Positions 37,842 to 48,208 of a DNA stretch of 64,000 bases are shown here, piece by piece. Position numbers and translations under genes: made by a program. Source of the stretch: Marinicella sp. (GTDB taxonomy: Bacteria > Pseudomonadota > Gammaproteobacteria > Xanthomonadales > Marinicellaceae); assembly GCA_965230295.1 (NCBI GenBank), contig OZ246001.1, positions 2,304,001 through 2,368,000 on the forward strand, written 5' to 3'. Below the pieces are notes generated by a model, which was not told the DNA's origin, searched no databases, and saw only the letters and a program-made list of their open reading frames with translations. Each line of letters opens with the position of its first letter. Positions within the stretch are counted from its first letter, which is position 1.

Positions 37842-40547
37842 ATGAAAATGAAACGTAATCCTATTACTAATGCTGTGCAAAAAGCATTATTTACAGGTTT
37901 TATCGCTTCTTCAGCTTTCGGTACTGTTGCTTTAGCACAAGACAGTGACGACGATTCAGTTGAAGAGCAGGGTAAAATTACTGTTACGGGTTCGCGTATT
38001 AAACGCTCAGACATTGAGGGTGCGGTACCGGTAACAATCATTACTCGTGAACAATTAGAGCTCAGCGGTGAAAGTAATGCTGCTGACTTCTTAAGAAACA
38101 CCACTTTTAACACTTCTGGTTCTTTCAGACCTCAGTCTGGTAGTTCAATCCAAAGTGTATCAACACTTAGCTTACGTGGTATTGGTTCAGCCAGAACATT
38201 GGTTTTGGTTGACGGTCGTCGTATTCCTAAAGCACCTACTTCTGGTCAAGCACAAGATTTGAACGCCATCCCATTGGGTGCGATTGAAAGAATCGAGATT
38301 TTGACTGACGGTGCATCGGCTATTTATGGTTCTGACGCCATCGGTGGTGTTGTTAACGTGATCACACGTACAGACTACACCGGTGCTGAAATCACCTTGG
38401 GTGCTCAAGAAGTGAGCATCGCTGCTAATGGTGGTGAGAGAGAAGAAGGTTCTGTACTGTTTGGTGCAGCCAATGACCGCTCTAGCGTTATTGCTGGTAT
38501 TTCCTGGAATGATCGTGAGATTATTTTCCAAAGAGATTTGCCTTGGAATGTGCCAGGTGGTTCTACTTTCAGTAACAACTTCCGTGCAGTTGCGGCTGCT
38601 GGTAACGAAACAGGTCCATTCATTTCAGCCACAGCTTGTAACTTCCCTAACACCGGTTTCTATACCTTGAATCCTGGTGCTGGCGTTGCTGGCGGTGAGC
38701 GTTGTGCTTATGATTTCACATTGGAATCTGCTGATGAAGCTTCGATTGAAAACCAATCTTTCTATGTGAAAGCACGTCATGAAATCAATGACAGTTGGGA
38801 ATTGTGGGTTAATGCCGGTGTTTATGAAACCAAATCATTTGGTCGTTATGCACCAGTACCAGATGGCAGTGCGTTCTCAGGAACAGGCTTGCCAATTTCT
38901 GCCTCAAGCCCTAACAACCCAAGTAACCCAGCCAGCCCATTGTATGACCCAGCAAACTGGGCCACACCTCAAGTGGTTCACTGGAGACACCGTTTTGATG
39001 CGTTAGGTAATCGTGATAACAACATCACAACAACCAACACCAGTTTCGAAATTGGTACCACTGGTCAAGTGGGTAATGCTGAAGTTGAGTTTGGTGTAAC
39101 CAGAGCCAACTCTAACAGTGTGAACATTGGTAGAAACTACTTGTTAAGATCTGCTGCAGCTTCAGCTGTTGAAAGTGGTGCTTACAACTTGGCTGATCCA
39201 TACAATTCTCCTGCTGCAGTATTGAACTCATTGCGTGTAACAACTAACCGTGATGCTAAATTCGACCAAGACACCATGTTTGGTTCTGTTGCATTTGATT
39301 TGTTTGACATGGCTAACGGCCCTGTATCAGTTTACATTGGTGCAGAGTACCGCGATGTGAAATATCAAGACAGATATGACTCATTGTCAGAAGCGGGTCA
39401 AGTTGGTGGTTCATCAGGTTCGAGTGCCGGTGGCGGACGTGACGTAACTTCTGTATTCTTCGAGGGCTTGGTGCCATTGTTGGATAACTTGGAAATGTCT
39501 ATCGCTGGTCGTTACGATGACTACTCAGATTACGGTGATGATTTCTCACCTAAAGTATCTTTCAGATACCAACCTCTGGATAACTTGACTTTACGTGCAT
39601 CGTACGGTGAAGGTTTCCGTGCACCAACTTTGGATATTTTGACTCAACAGCCTGCAGAATCAGCTGATACTGTTAATGATCCTCAAACTTGTATCGCTGA
39701 AGGTTTGGCAAGTACTTGTTTGACTCAAATTCAAGGCAGAGTTATTGCTAACCCAGCTTTAGGATCTGAGCAATCTGAGCAGTTCTCTTTAGGTTTGGCT
39801 TATGAGCCATTTGACTGGTTGAACTTCACTGTTGATTACTGGGATATCGAAGTTTCGGATCAAATCCGTAACATCACAGCTCAAACATTGGTTAATGAAA
39901 ACATCCGTGGTGAAAGCAGACCAGGTTTAGGTTGTGTGCGTGATGCAGCAACTGGTGCCATTATTCTGTGTACTCGTGGTGCAACCAATGAAGGTTTGAT
40001 CAACGCTTCTGGTGTTGATATCAACGCTCGATTCACTTACGAAGCTTTGGCTGGTAGTTTCTCTCACCAGTTCCAATGGTCTCGTGCTTTGTCTCAAGAG
40101 CTTGATAAAAACCGTGAGTTGGTTGACGATCCAGGTACTCCACCAAATCGTATCGTTATCAACAACAGCTACACCTATGGTGATTGGCAGTTTGCTTATA
40201 ACCTGAATATGGTTGGTGATCAGTTCAACAACGTAAGTTCATTCAACACACTTGCTGAAGCTGATGCTTATGTTGCTGGTTTAGCTCCAGGAACTGACAT
40301 TGATCGTGAAGTAGGTAGAAATGGTCTTTACTATGTTAAAGATGGTCACACGCCAACTTGGATCACTCATGACTTCCAGTTGAATTACTTTGCGCCTTGG
40401 GACGGTAAATTCACAGTCGGTGTACAAAACGCCGGTGAGAAATTCCCACCAATTGGTTTAGGTAATACGACCAACCGTGATTACGACTTTAACCTGTATA
40501 ATGGTTATGGAAGAATCACTTACTTCAGATACACTCAAACTTTCTAA
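37842..40547 (+). CDS. TonB-dependent receptor
   Basis: Signal peptide, TonB-box-like KITVTGSRI, plug LRGIG..RTLVLVDGRR, IERIEIL.DGASAIYGSDA.GGVVN, C-terminal Phe. Confidence 0.96.
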   Translation: MKMKRNPITNAVQKALFTGFIASSAFGTVALAQDSDDDSVEEQGKITVTGSRIKRSDIEGAVPVTIITREQLELSGESNAADFLRNTTFNTSGSFRPQSGSSIQSVSTLSLRGIGSARTLVLVDGRRIPKAPTSGQAQDLNAIPLGAIERIEILTDGASAIYGSDAIGGVVNVITRTDYTGAEITLGAQEVSIAANGGEREEGSVLFGAANDRSSVIAGISWNDREIIFQRDLPWNVPGGSTFSNNFRAVAAAGNETGPFISATACNFPNTGFYTLNPGAGVAGGERCAYDFTLESADEASIENQSFYVKARHEINDSWELWVNAGVYETKSFGRYAPVPDGSAFSGTGLPISASSPNNPSNPASPLYDPANWATPQVVHWRHRFDALGNRDNNITTTNTSFEIGTTGQVGNAEVEFGVTRANSNSVNIGRNYLLRSAAASAVESGAYNLADPYNSPAAVLNSLRVTTNRDAKFDQDTMFGSVAFDLFDMANGPVSVYIGAEYRDVKYQDRYDSLSEAGQVGGSSGSSAGGGRDVTSVFFEGLVPLLDNLEMSIAGRYDDYSDYGDDFSPKVSFRYQPLDNLTLRASYGEGFRAPTLDILTQQPAESADTVNDPQTCIAEGLASTCLTQIQGRVIANPALGSEQSEQFSLGLAYEPFDWLNFTVDYWDIEVSDQIRNITAQTLVNENIRGESRPGLGCVRDAATGAIILCTRGATNEGLINASGVDINARFTYEALAGSFSHQFQWSRALSQELDKNRELVDDPGTPPNRIVINNSYTYGDWQFAYNLNMVGDQFNNVSSFNTLAEADAYVAGLAPGTDIDREVGRNGLYYVKDGHTPTWITHDFQLNYFAPWDGKFTVGVQNAGEKFPPIGLGNTTNRDYDFNLYNGYGRITYFRYTQTF

Positions 40548-40567
40548 TCGAAGTTTGATAAACTGAG

Positions 40568-40595
40568 AAAAGGCGTACTTCGGTACGCCTTTTTT
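40568..40595 (+). terminator. Rho-independent terminator
   Basis: aaaaggcgtac-ttcg-gtacgcctttttt. Confidence 0.92.
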
Positions 40596-40625
40596 ATTGG
40601 CCTATATATATTGGAACTGGAAAAG

Positions 40626-41561
40626 ATGGCAAAAAATCATTGGACGGCTTACTGGCAAACTGGGGCATTGACCTCACTGCCGATGGACTTCAAAGAAAAC
40701 TATGATGGCGAATTGGCGTTGTACTGGAATGACATACTCAGCAACAGTCAAACACCTGTATCAATTCTTGATGTGTGCACAGGCAATGGTGCGATTGCTA
40801 TTCTGTTACAGGAATTGGCGGATGAGCTAGATTTGGAAGTTTCAATAACTGCAGTAGACGCATCTGACATCAAACCAGATGTCATCAGTGAGGTTTTCCC
40901 TGATAAAGAAGGCGCCATAAAGAAAATCAATTTTGTTGGCAACTGCTTGGTTGAAAATATGTCACAAGTGATCGATCATAAGTTTGACCTGATTGTCAGT
41001 CAGTATGGCATAGAATATTGTGACACTGAGCAAGCAGCAGTATCAGTCAGGAAGATGCTGAATCCTCAAGGTAGATTGGTATTTGTGGCTCATGCTCCGG
41101 AGACTGATATCCATAAATACATGCGTGCTGAGGAACAAGTTTATCAGTACTTAGAAGAAGTCAATATCATGAATTTATTCCTGCAATTTGCTCAAAATAA
41201 AATGTCTGCAAATGGCTTTAAAAGTAAATTATCTCAAGCCTTAGAGCAAATGAAATACAAAATAGAATATCGTGGACAAGATTTATTTAATGTTTGGGCG
41301 AACTCAGCCATGCAACTTTCGCAGATGAATAATGCTGTTCTGAAAACTCAAAAAACGAAAATTCACAATTTTTACTTACAATACAAGCATGCACGAGACC
41401 GGGCTTTGGATATGTTGGCTGTATCAGAAAAATTAAGCAACCAGCCTGATTGGTACTCGGCTTTTGAAAAACAAGGTTTAACGTTAATCAAACAGGGTGA
41501 TGTTTTATACAGGGGGCAACACAACGCTGGTCATTTCTACGAATTCAAACTTGATACATAG
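40626..41561 (+). CDS. Class I SAM-dependent methyltransferase
   Basis: ILDVCTGNG, FDLIVSQYGIEY, L.P.G.LVF. Confidence 0.85.
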   Translation: MAKNHWTAYWQTGALTSLPMDFKENYDGELALYWNDILSNSQTPVSILDVCTGNGAIAILLQELADELDLEVSITAVDASDIKPDVISEVFPDKEGAIKKINFVGNCLVENMSQVIDHKFDLIVSQYGIEYCDTEQAAVSVRKMLNPQGRLVFVAHAPETDIHKYMRAEEQVYQYLEEVNIMNLFLQFAQNKMSANGFKSKLSQALEQMKYKIEYRGQDLFNVWANSAMQLSQMNNAVLKTQKTKIHNFYLQYKHARDRALDMLAVSEKLSNQPDWYSAFEKQGLTLIKQGDVLYRGQHNAGHFYEFKLDT

Positions 41562-41609
41562 CTCAATCAGGCATTGAGGTATTTAATCGGTAAACAGTGT
41601 AATTAATCT

Positions 41610-42236
41610 TCAGTTGATTAAAGTGTTGATCAGGTCTTGATTGATGATTTTTTGCTTACTGGTGCTGTTGCGATCAGCCTTTACGATGGCCTTTAAGCTT
41701 TTTAAGGCTTCTTCAAAATCATCATTCACCACCAAAAAGTCTGCTTTATGGTAATGCTTCAATTCTGCGATGGCTTTGGTCATTCTGGTTTTAATCACTT
41801 CGGCTGAATCCTGACCTCTGGATTCCAAACGGTCTTGCAAAGCCTGAATGCTCGGAGGCAGTATAAAAATACTCACTGCATCGGGAAACCTGGTTTTGAT
41901 TTGTTCGGCACCTTGCCAATCAATTTCTAACACCACATCATGCCCTTCATCCAACATTTTTTGTACCGTTTCTTGTGAAGTACCATAATGGTTGCCAAAT
42001 ACATTGGCCGACTCCATAAAAACACCAGCCATATCCATCTGCTTGAATTTATCTGTGCTGATGAAATGATAGTTGTAACCATCAATCTCTTTCGGTCGTG
42101 GTTTTCTGGTGGTGTGTGAGATAGATAGTTTTAAATGGTTGGTGTCTCTAACCAACGCATTAACCAAGGAAGTCTTACCCGTTCCTGAGGGGGCTGATAC
42201 GATAAACAGGGTTCCTATGAGGTTATTTTTTGACAT
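41610..42236 (-). CDS. gmk: Guanylate kinase
   Basis: SAPSGTGKTS, SHTTR.PR..E.DG..Y.F, LEIDWQGA. Confidence 0.97.
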   Translation of the reverse strand: MSKNNLIGTLFIVSAPSGTGKTSLVNALVRDTNHLKLSISHTTRKPRPKEIDGYNYHFISTDKFKQMDMAGVFMESANVFGNHYGTSQETVQKMLDEGHDVVLEIDWQGAEQIKTRFPDAVSIFILPPSIQALQDRLESRGQDSAEVIKTRMTKAIAELKHYHKADFLVVNDDFEEALKSLKAIVKADRNSTSKQKIINQDLINTLIN

Positions 42237-42263
42237 AATCTTAGTTTTTCTTATTCAGTGCTG

Positions 42264-43130
42264 TTATTCAATGTTTTGGATTTGTTCGCGCATTTGTTCA
42301 ATGGTCACTTTTAAATCAATGCTGGCATTTGAAGTGGTGATGCTGGCTGATTTGGAACCAATTGTGTTTGATTCTCTGTTAAGTTCTTGAACGATGAAAT
42401 CCAGCCTGCGGCCCACAGGCTCTTTCAGTGTTAACACTCTATTAAGCTCAATCACATGGGCGTCCAAGCGATCTAATTCTTCTGTGATGTCAATTTTCTG
42501 TAATTGCATGGCCAGTTCTTGTTCAAACCTTTCTGGGTTGACTTCAACTTGTAAATCTGCCAGTTTGTCTTTTAATTTTTGTGACAAAGCAGCATTGATG
42601 GTTGGAACATATGTTCTGATTTCTTCAGTCAGGTTTTTGATGGTTTGAGCCTTTTCTTCAAGTACTGCCAACATCGCTGCGCCTTCTCTGGTTCTGGATT
42701 CGATCAATTGCTTGATGCTGTCATCCACCAACTGAATGGCTGTGGCATTGAGTTCAGATGTATCAGCAGGCTGTTGTACAATGACATCTGGCCAATTCAT
42801 GAACTGACCAGTACCCATGTTTTGTTTAAGGTCAAAATCAAAAGCAATGGAATCGGCATTGGCAACCAATTGAGCCAACAACGCTTTGTTCACACTCAGT
42901 TGGGTTAAACTAACTGATTCGTTGGGAAAGAATTTGATAAAAACAGATACTTTGCCGCGGGAAAGTTGTTTGTTGAATGATTTTCGAAACTGGTTTTCAG
43001 CTGCACGGAGAAAGTCAGGGCACTTAATGGTTAAATCTAAAAACCTTTGGTTGACTGAACGTATTTCACAAGTCAGTCTTCCTAAACTGTTTTCAACTTC
43101 GTGGGAAGCGAAGGCGGTCATTGATTGCAT
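42264..43130 (-). CDS. yicC: YicC/YloC family endoribonuclease
   Basis: SMT.F, SVN.RFLD, GRRLDF..QE.NRE.NT.GSK, EQMREQIQNIE. Confidence 0.95.
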   Translation of the reverse strand: MQSMTAFASHEVENSLGRLTCEIRSVNQRFLDLTIKCPDFLRAAENQFRKSFNKQLSRGKVSVFIKFFPNESVSLTQLSVNKALLAQLVANADSIAFDFDLKQNMGTGQFMNWPDVIVQQPADTSELNATAIQLVDDSIKQLIESRTREGAAMLAVLEEKAQTIKNLTEEIRTYVPTINAALSQKLKDKLADLQVEVNPERFEQELAMQLQKIDITEELDRLDAHVIELNRVLTLKEPVGRRLDFIVQELNRESNTIGSKSASITTSNASIDLKVTIEQMREQIQNIE

Positions 43131-43281
43131 GGCATCATGGTACTTTTAATTGAAGGGCTATTATAATGTATTGTTCTGTGTGTAAATAAAAAAAATAAAG
43201 GTCCGTAATTTATAAACGTGACTTACGACCAGTGTACAGATGCTGTATTGCGGTTATATTGAACAAAAAAAGAGGTTAATA

Positions 43282-46200
43282 ATGAAAAACATTTGGATAC
43301 TGTTGTTACTGCTTTGTGCAACAACAGGTTTAACAGCGAGTAAGAAGGGGGAAGATGATCATCAGGGATCAAAAGATAAATTTGCTGGCATTACACTCAG
43401 AAGTATAGGTCCAGGCTTGATGTCGGGTCGGATTGCTGACATAGCCATGCACCCTGAAAATGAGAATGTTTGGTATGTTGGTGTGGGGTCTGGTGGAGTC
43501 TGGAAAACCGTCAACTCCGGCACCACATGGACGCCCATATTTGACCAGCAAAATGTCTATTCAATAGGCAGTGTAACCATAGATCCCAACAATCCTGAAC
43601 GTATCTGGGTCGGCACTGGAGAAAACATTGGTGGTAGACATGCCAGTTATGGAGATGGTTTGTACTTGAGTGAAGATGGCGGCAAATCATGGAAAAATAT
43701 GGGTTTGAAGGATTCTGAGCGGATATCTACGGTTGTCATTCATCCCAAGGATTCAAATACACTGTGGGTCGCCGTTCAAGGACCCCTGTGGTCCAAAGGT
43801 GGAGAACGCGGACTGTATAAAACTTCAGATGGCGGAAAAACCTGGAATAAACAATTGGGCGACGAAGATTGGACGGGCGTCACTGATGTGGTCATTGATC
43901 CCAGAAATCCGGACAGGCTATATGCAGCGACATGGCAGAGGCACAGGAATGTGGCGGCATATATGGGAGGTGGGCCAAATACAGCCATATATAAAACTGA
44001 CGACGGTGGAGATAATTGGCAAAAGCTCAGCTCAGGTTTGCCCAGTGAAAGCATGGGCAAAATTGGTTTGGCCATATCACCGATTAAACCGGATGTGGTT
44101 TATGCAGCTATAGAGTTAAAAAGGAGAACGGGTGGGATCTATAAGTCCACCAATCAAGGCGCTTCCTGGACCAAACAATCCGATGCCGTTGCTGGTGGAA
44201 CGGGACCTCATTACTACCAGGAATTGTATGCTTCACCCCATGTGTTTGACCGGCTTTACCTGATGAGTAACCGCATGATTATTTCTGATGATGGGGGCAA
44301 GACATACCGCACAATGAACGAGAAAAATAAACATGTGGACAACCATGCTATCGCTTTTAAGGCCAGTGATCCTAATTATGTTTTGATTGGTACAGATGGT
44401 GGTTTGTACGAAACATTTGACCGGACCAAAACATGGAAATTTGTAGCCAACTTACCAGTTACGCAATTTTATAAAGTTGCAGTCGATGATGCAGAGCCGT
44501 TTTATCATGTTTATGGTGGCACCCAGGACAACAACACGCAAGGAGGTCCATCCAGAACAGATAACCGCCAGGGCATTCGAAATTCAGACTGGTATGTGGT
44601 GTTGTTTGGTGATGGTCATCAGCCTGCCACAGAGCCAGGCAACCCGGATATTGTGTATGCAGAATGGCAACAAGGCAATTTAGTCAGACACGATAAAACC
44701 ACAGGTGAAATCGTTTACATCCAACCTCAGCCTGAGGCAGGTGAGCCAGCAGAAAGGTTTAACTGGGATGCACCCATTTTGGTATCACCCCACAACCCCA
44801 CAACCTTATATTTCGCCTCACAAAGGGTATGGCGATCTGATGACCGCGGTGACAGTTGGCGCGCGATCTCGGGTGACCTGACCAAAAACCAAGAGCGTAT
44901 AGAATTACCCATTATGGGGTCTCAACAAGGTTGGGATATGCCATGGGATGTGCTGGCCATGAGTAATTACAACACCATCACCTCCATTTCAGAATCGCCA
45001 CAGCAAGCTGGCCTGATCTATATTGGAACAGATGATGGTTTGGTTCAGGTAACTCAAGATGGCGGTGAGAATTGGCGCCAGATTGAAGTGGGCGATATGC
45101 CAGGTGTTCCTGCAACGGCTTTTGTCAATGACATCAAAGCCGACTTACATGATGTCAATACGGTGTACATTGCATTAGACAACCACAAATATGGTGACTT
45201 TTCTCCCTATTTGTTGAAAAGTAATAATCAAGGTAAAAGTTGGAAAAAGATGAGCACTGGCATCCCTGAAAAACATTTGGTTTGGCGTTTGGTTCAAGAC
45301 CATGTTGATCCAGAGTTGATGTTTGTTGGGACTGAATTTGGCTTGTTTTTCTCCTATGATGGTGGTGATAAGTGGCAAGAGTTAACGGGTGGTTTGCCGA
45401 CCATATCAATCAGAGATTTGGCCATACAAAAAAGAGAAAACGATTTGGTGGCGGCAACCTTTGGACGGGGTTTTTATATTTTGGATGATTACAGCTTATT
45501 GCGTAACCTGGATCAGGAAGCTTTATCAAACAATAAGCTGTTTCCGGTAAAAGATGCCTGGTGGTATATTCCCAGAATGGTTTTAGGCACCAATCCCAAG
45601 GCCTCACAGGGTGATGCATTTTTTAACACTGAAAACCCCCCCTATGGTGCCGTGTTTAATTATTACCTCAAAGATGGTTTGAAAACCAAAGCGGCACAAC
45701 GGCAAAAAGCAGAAAAAGAAATGGTCAAACAAAAGAAAGCCATCAAGTTTCCTGGTTGGGATGCTGTCGATGCTGAACGCACAGCGAAAAAACCCAAGGT
45801 TTGGTTAACTGTTAAAAATAACCGGGGTCAAGTGGTCAGAAGGGTGGCCGGAACCACCAAAAAAGGCTTCAATCAAGTGGCCTGGAGTTTACGATATCCA
45901 GCCTTTGGTGTGGCCGGTGAAGGCGGTGGATTTTTCAGTGATGAACCTGAAGGTATGCTGGTTGCTCCAGGGCAATACAACGTTTCCTTGAGTCAAGAGG
46001 TAGATGGTGTGGTAACCGAGTTAAGTACACCTCAAACGTTCAACGTAAAACCACTTCGACAGGGTGCGCTTAAAGGTGCTTCTTATGAAGATGTCGCCGA
46101 TTTTTGGCAACAACTATCAGCAGTTCAGCATGAAGTTGCGGTTTCAAACAAGAAATTGTCTGAAGCGATTAAACGCACTGAGCTGATTGAAAAGGCGCTG

Positions 46201-46530
46201 AAAAACAGTTTGGCTGAACATGGCGAGTTGGACGCCACATTGCACCAAATCATCACTGACCTCCATACACTGGATGCCAACATGAATGGTAACCGCTCCA
46301 AACGACAAATTGGTGAAAAAACCAAAGTGACCATTGGTTCACGTTTAGGGGCTGCTGGTATAGGTACAGGTTTGTCTACATATGGGCCTACACCGACTCA
46401 CATCAAAACCTTATCCATTGCCAAGGCTGAACACGATGCTTTGAAGCCTCAAATTGAAGACATCACAGATAAGCGCATTCCAGCTTTGGAAAAACAATTG
46501 GAAGCCATTGGCGCGCCTTATATTCACTGA
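43282..46530 (+). CDS. Secreted VPS10/sortilin-like BNR-repeat (beta-propeller) glycosyl-hydrolase-like protein
   Basis: Signal peptide, RSIGP..MSGRI, many S.DGG.(T/S)W Asp-box repeats, coiled-coil tail. Confidence 0.88.
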   Translation: MKNIWILLLLLCATTGLTASKKGEDDHQGSKDKFAGITLRSIGPGLMSGRIADIAMHPENENVWYVGVGSGGVWKTVNSGTTWTPIFDQQNVYSIGSVTIDPNNPERIWVGTGENIGGRHASYGDGLYLSEDGGKSWKNMGLKDSERISTVVIHPKDSNTLWVAVQGPLWSKGGERGLYKTSDGGKTWNKQLGDEDWTGVTDVVIDPRNPDRLYAATWQRHRNVAAYMGGGPNTAIYKTDDGGDNWQKLSSGLPSESMGKIGLAISPIKPDVVYAAIELKRRTGGIYKSTNQGASWTKQSDAVAGGTGPHYYQELYASPHVFDRLYLMSNRMIISDDGGKTYRTMNEKNKHVDNHAIAFKASDPNYVLIGTDGGLYETFDRTKTWKFVANLPVTQFYKVAVDDAEPFYHVYGGTQDNNTQGGPSRTDNRQGIRNSDWYVVLFGDGHQPATEPGNPDIVYAEWQQGNLVRHDKTTGEIVYIQPQPEAGEPAERFNWDAPILVSPHNPTTLYFASQRVWRSDDRGDSWRAISGDLTKNQERIELPIMGSQQGWDMPWDVLAMSNYNTITSISESPQQAGLIYIGTDDGLVQVTQDGGENWRQIEVGDMPGVPATAFVNDIKADLHDVNTVYIALDNHKYGDFSPYLLKSNNQGKSWKKMSTGIPEKHLVWRLVQDHVDPELMFVGTEFGLFFSYDGGDKWQELTGGLPTISIRDLAIQKRENDLVAATFGRGFYILDDYSLLRNLDQEALSNNKLFPVKDAWWYIPRMVLGTNPKASQGDAFFNTENPPYGAVFNYYLKDGLKTKAAQRQKAEKEMVKQKKAIKFPGWDAVDAERTAKKPKVWLTVKNNRGQVVRRVAGTTKKGFNQVAWSLRYPAFGVAGEGGGFFSDEPEGMLVAPGQYNVSLSQEVDGVVTELSTPQTFNVKPLRQGALKGASYEDVADFWQQLSAVQHEVAVSNKKLSEAIKRTELIEKALKNSLAEHGELDATLHQIITDLHTLDANMNGNRSKRQIGEKTKVTIGSRLGAAGIGTGLSTYGPTPTHIKTLSIAKAEHDALKPQIEDITDKRIPALEKQLEAIGAPYIH

Positions 46531-46538
46531 TAACCATC

Positions 46539-46574
46539 AATTCATGAGTCGGTGTACGTACCGACTCATGAATT
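46539..46574. terminator. Perfect 15-bp hairpin between convergent genes (probable bidirectional terminator)
   Basis: aattcatgagtcggt-gtacgt-accgactcatgaatt. Confidence 0.65.
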
Positions 46575-47429
46575 AATCAGATCGGCCCATTGTTTATTAT
46601 TTTCTTTAAAGCTGTTAATTTGACCAGTTGATAATTCAGAGTCAATCAAACTTTGGCACCTATTTCTGGCCCAGCTAAACAGTTTGGTATCGGCTGGGTT
46701 CATCTCAGTCATCAATGCAATTTCCTGTTCCTTGAGCTCACCACGTTTGATGAATGGCTTTGAAACATTGCTCCTTTGATAGAAAATATCTGTTAAGTGC
46801 AGTCGGTCTTTTAGTAACAACAATCCCTCGTCAAACAAACAAGTGGTTAACACCAGTGAAAAGCAGGTTTCGAGGGTGTTCTTGGCCACGTTGTATAAAT
46901 CATCATCACTGGTTTGACCGTGGTGTAAATAGCCGCTGAAACGCTTGCATTGGCCATTGGACAATTCCGGTGTGGGAGAAGCCTTAAGGAATTCCGACAA
47001 GGATTTGTTTTTCACCTTTTGGTGCATTGGGTGGTCCGATTTTCCCATCACATAATTGAAGTAAGACAGAATCCGGTCAATGGGGTCTCTGAGTAGGGTG
47101 AAATGAAATGTGGCTTGTTCAGGAAGCAGCTGGTATAGCAAGCCATGCATGGGATGATGACCGCAGATCAGTCGAGGGTAATTTTTCTTGAGTTCGAGTA
47201 ATTTTGGTTGTTGGACCAGGTCAGGCGCATTGACATGTAAGACAGCGGCTGCCTTGTAGTTTTTAAACAGTATGGATTCTAGACTGGTGCCGCCGGTCTT
47301 GGGTACATGAGAAAAGCACACAGTGTACGGGCCTGTGGCATAGGTATTTGATACTAAATTGTTTTTTAAAATGTGTTTGTTGGCATCAAAGTTTTCAATA
47401 TCTGATTTCAAGAACCAATTGTGCTGCAT
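46566..47429 (-). CDS. Sulfotransferase family protein
   Basis: 5'-PSB HVPKTGGTSL, GH, 3'-PB TLLRDPIDR.LS. Confidence 0.88.
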   Translation of the reverse strand: MQHNWFLKSDIENFDANKHILKNNLVSNTYATGPYTVCFSHVPKTGGTSLESILFKNYKAAAVLHVNAPDLVQQPKLLELKKNYPRLICGHHPMHGLLYQLLPEQATFHFTLLRDPIDRILSYFNYVMGKSDHPMHQKVKNKSLSEFLKASPTPELSNGQCKRFSGYLHHGQTSDDDLYNVAKNTLETCFSLVLTTCLFDEGLLLLKDRLHLTDIFYQRSNVSKPFIKRGELKEQEIALMTEMNPADTKLFSWARNRCQSLIDSELSTGQINSFKENNKQWADLINS

Positions 47430-47710
47430 TTTTTGTTATACTAATCATTCGTGAACAAGTTTGAAAGTGTATCACATCAGCTGTAATGCCATTTACTTGG
47501 TTGATCGGTGACAATTTATGTCAATTTGGAAAGCTGGTCTTTTCAATTGTAAACTTTAAGGAGGAAAAAGTTTACAAATGACTGATAATTGCGGTTTGAA
47601 CTAAAAATTAGGAATTCAGTTCTTGTCGTTATCGAATGAATCCAATAACCTATGCGTATGGATGAAATTTGAGTAACCATTTTAACGAAATTTTTTAGAG
47701 GTAAATAGTA

Positions 47711-48136
47711 ATGAAAAGAAATCAACAAGGTTTTACATTAATTGAATTAATGATCGTAATCGCAATTATCGCGATCCTGATGTCGTATGCGATTCCTGCA
47801 TATCGTGACTACACTGTAAGAGCAAAAGCTGGTGAAGGTATTTCTCTGGCTGCTGGTGCAAAACAATCTGTATCAGAAACTTATATCAGTGAAGGTGCGT
47901 TGCCAGCTTCTAACGCTTCTGCTGGTTTAGCAGCTCCAGGTTCTATCACTGGTGAAAATGTAGCTTCTGTTACTGTTGGTGGTAGTGGTGTGATTACTGT
48001 TGCATTTAACACAGCTGACACTAACTTAAGTGGTCAAACTGTTCTGTTAACTCCAGACGTAACTTCTGGTGGTAGTGTTGAGTGGCGTTGTTCTTCAGCT
48101 CTGGCAGATCGTTTCTTACCAGCTGATTGCAGATAA
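47711..48136 (+). CDS. pilA: Type IVa major pilin
   Basis: G|[13 protein letters not shown] prepilin site, AIPAY.DY, C-terminal disulfide loop CSS...DC. Confidence 0.96.
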   Translation: MKRNQQGFTLIELMIVIAIIAILMSYAIPAYRDYTVRAKAGEGISLAAGAKQSVSETYISEGALPASNASAGLAAPGSITGENVASVTVGGSGVITVAFNTADTNLSGQTVLLTPDVTSGGSVEWRCSSALADRFLPADCR

Positions 48137-48156
48137 AGAATCAATATTAAGGTTCT

Positions 48157-48187
48157 AAAAGGCGCGATTTTCGCGCCTTTTTTTTTT
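48157..48187 (+). terminator. Rho-independent terminator after pilA
   Basis: aaaaggcgcga-ttt-tcgcgcc followed by a long T run. Confidence 0.92.
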
Positions 48188-48208
48188 ATTCATAAAAATG
48201 GTTAATTA

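Noticed and set aside
47580-47710. Sigma54 promoter for pilA
   Set aside because: No GG-N10-GC match found by eye
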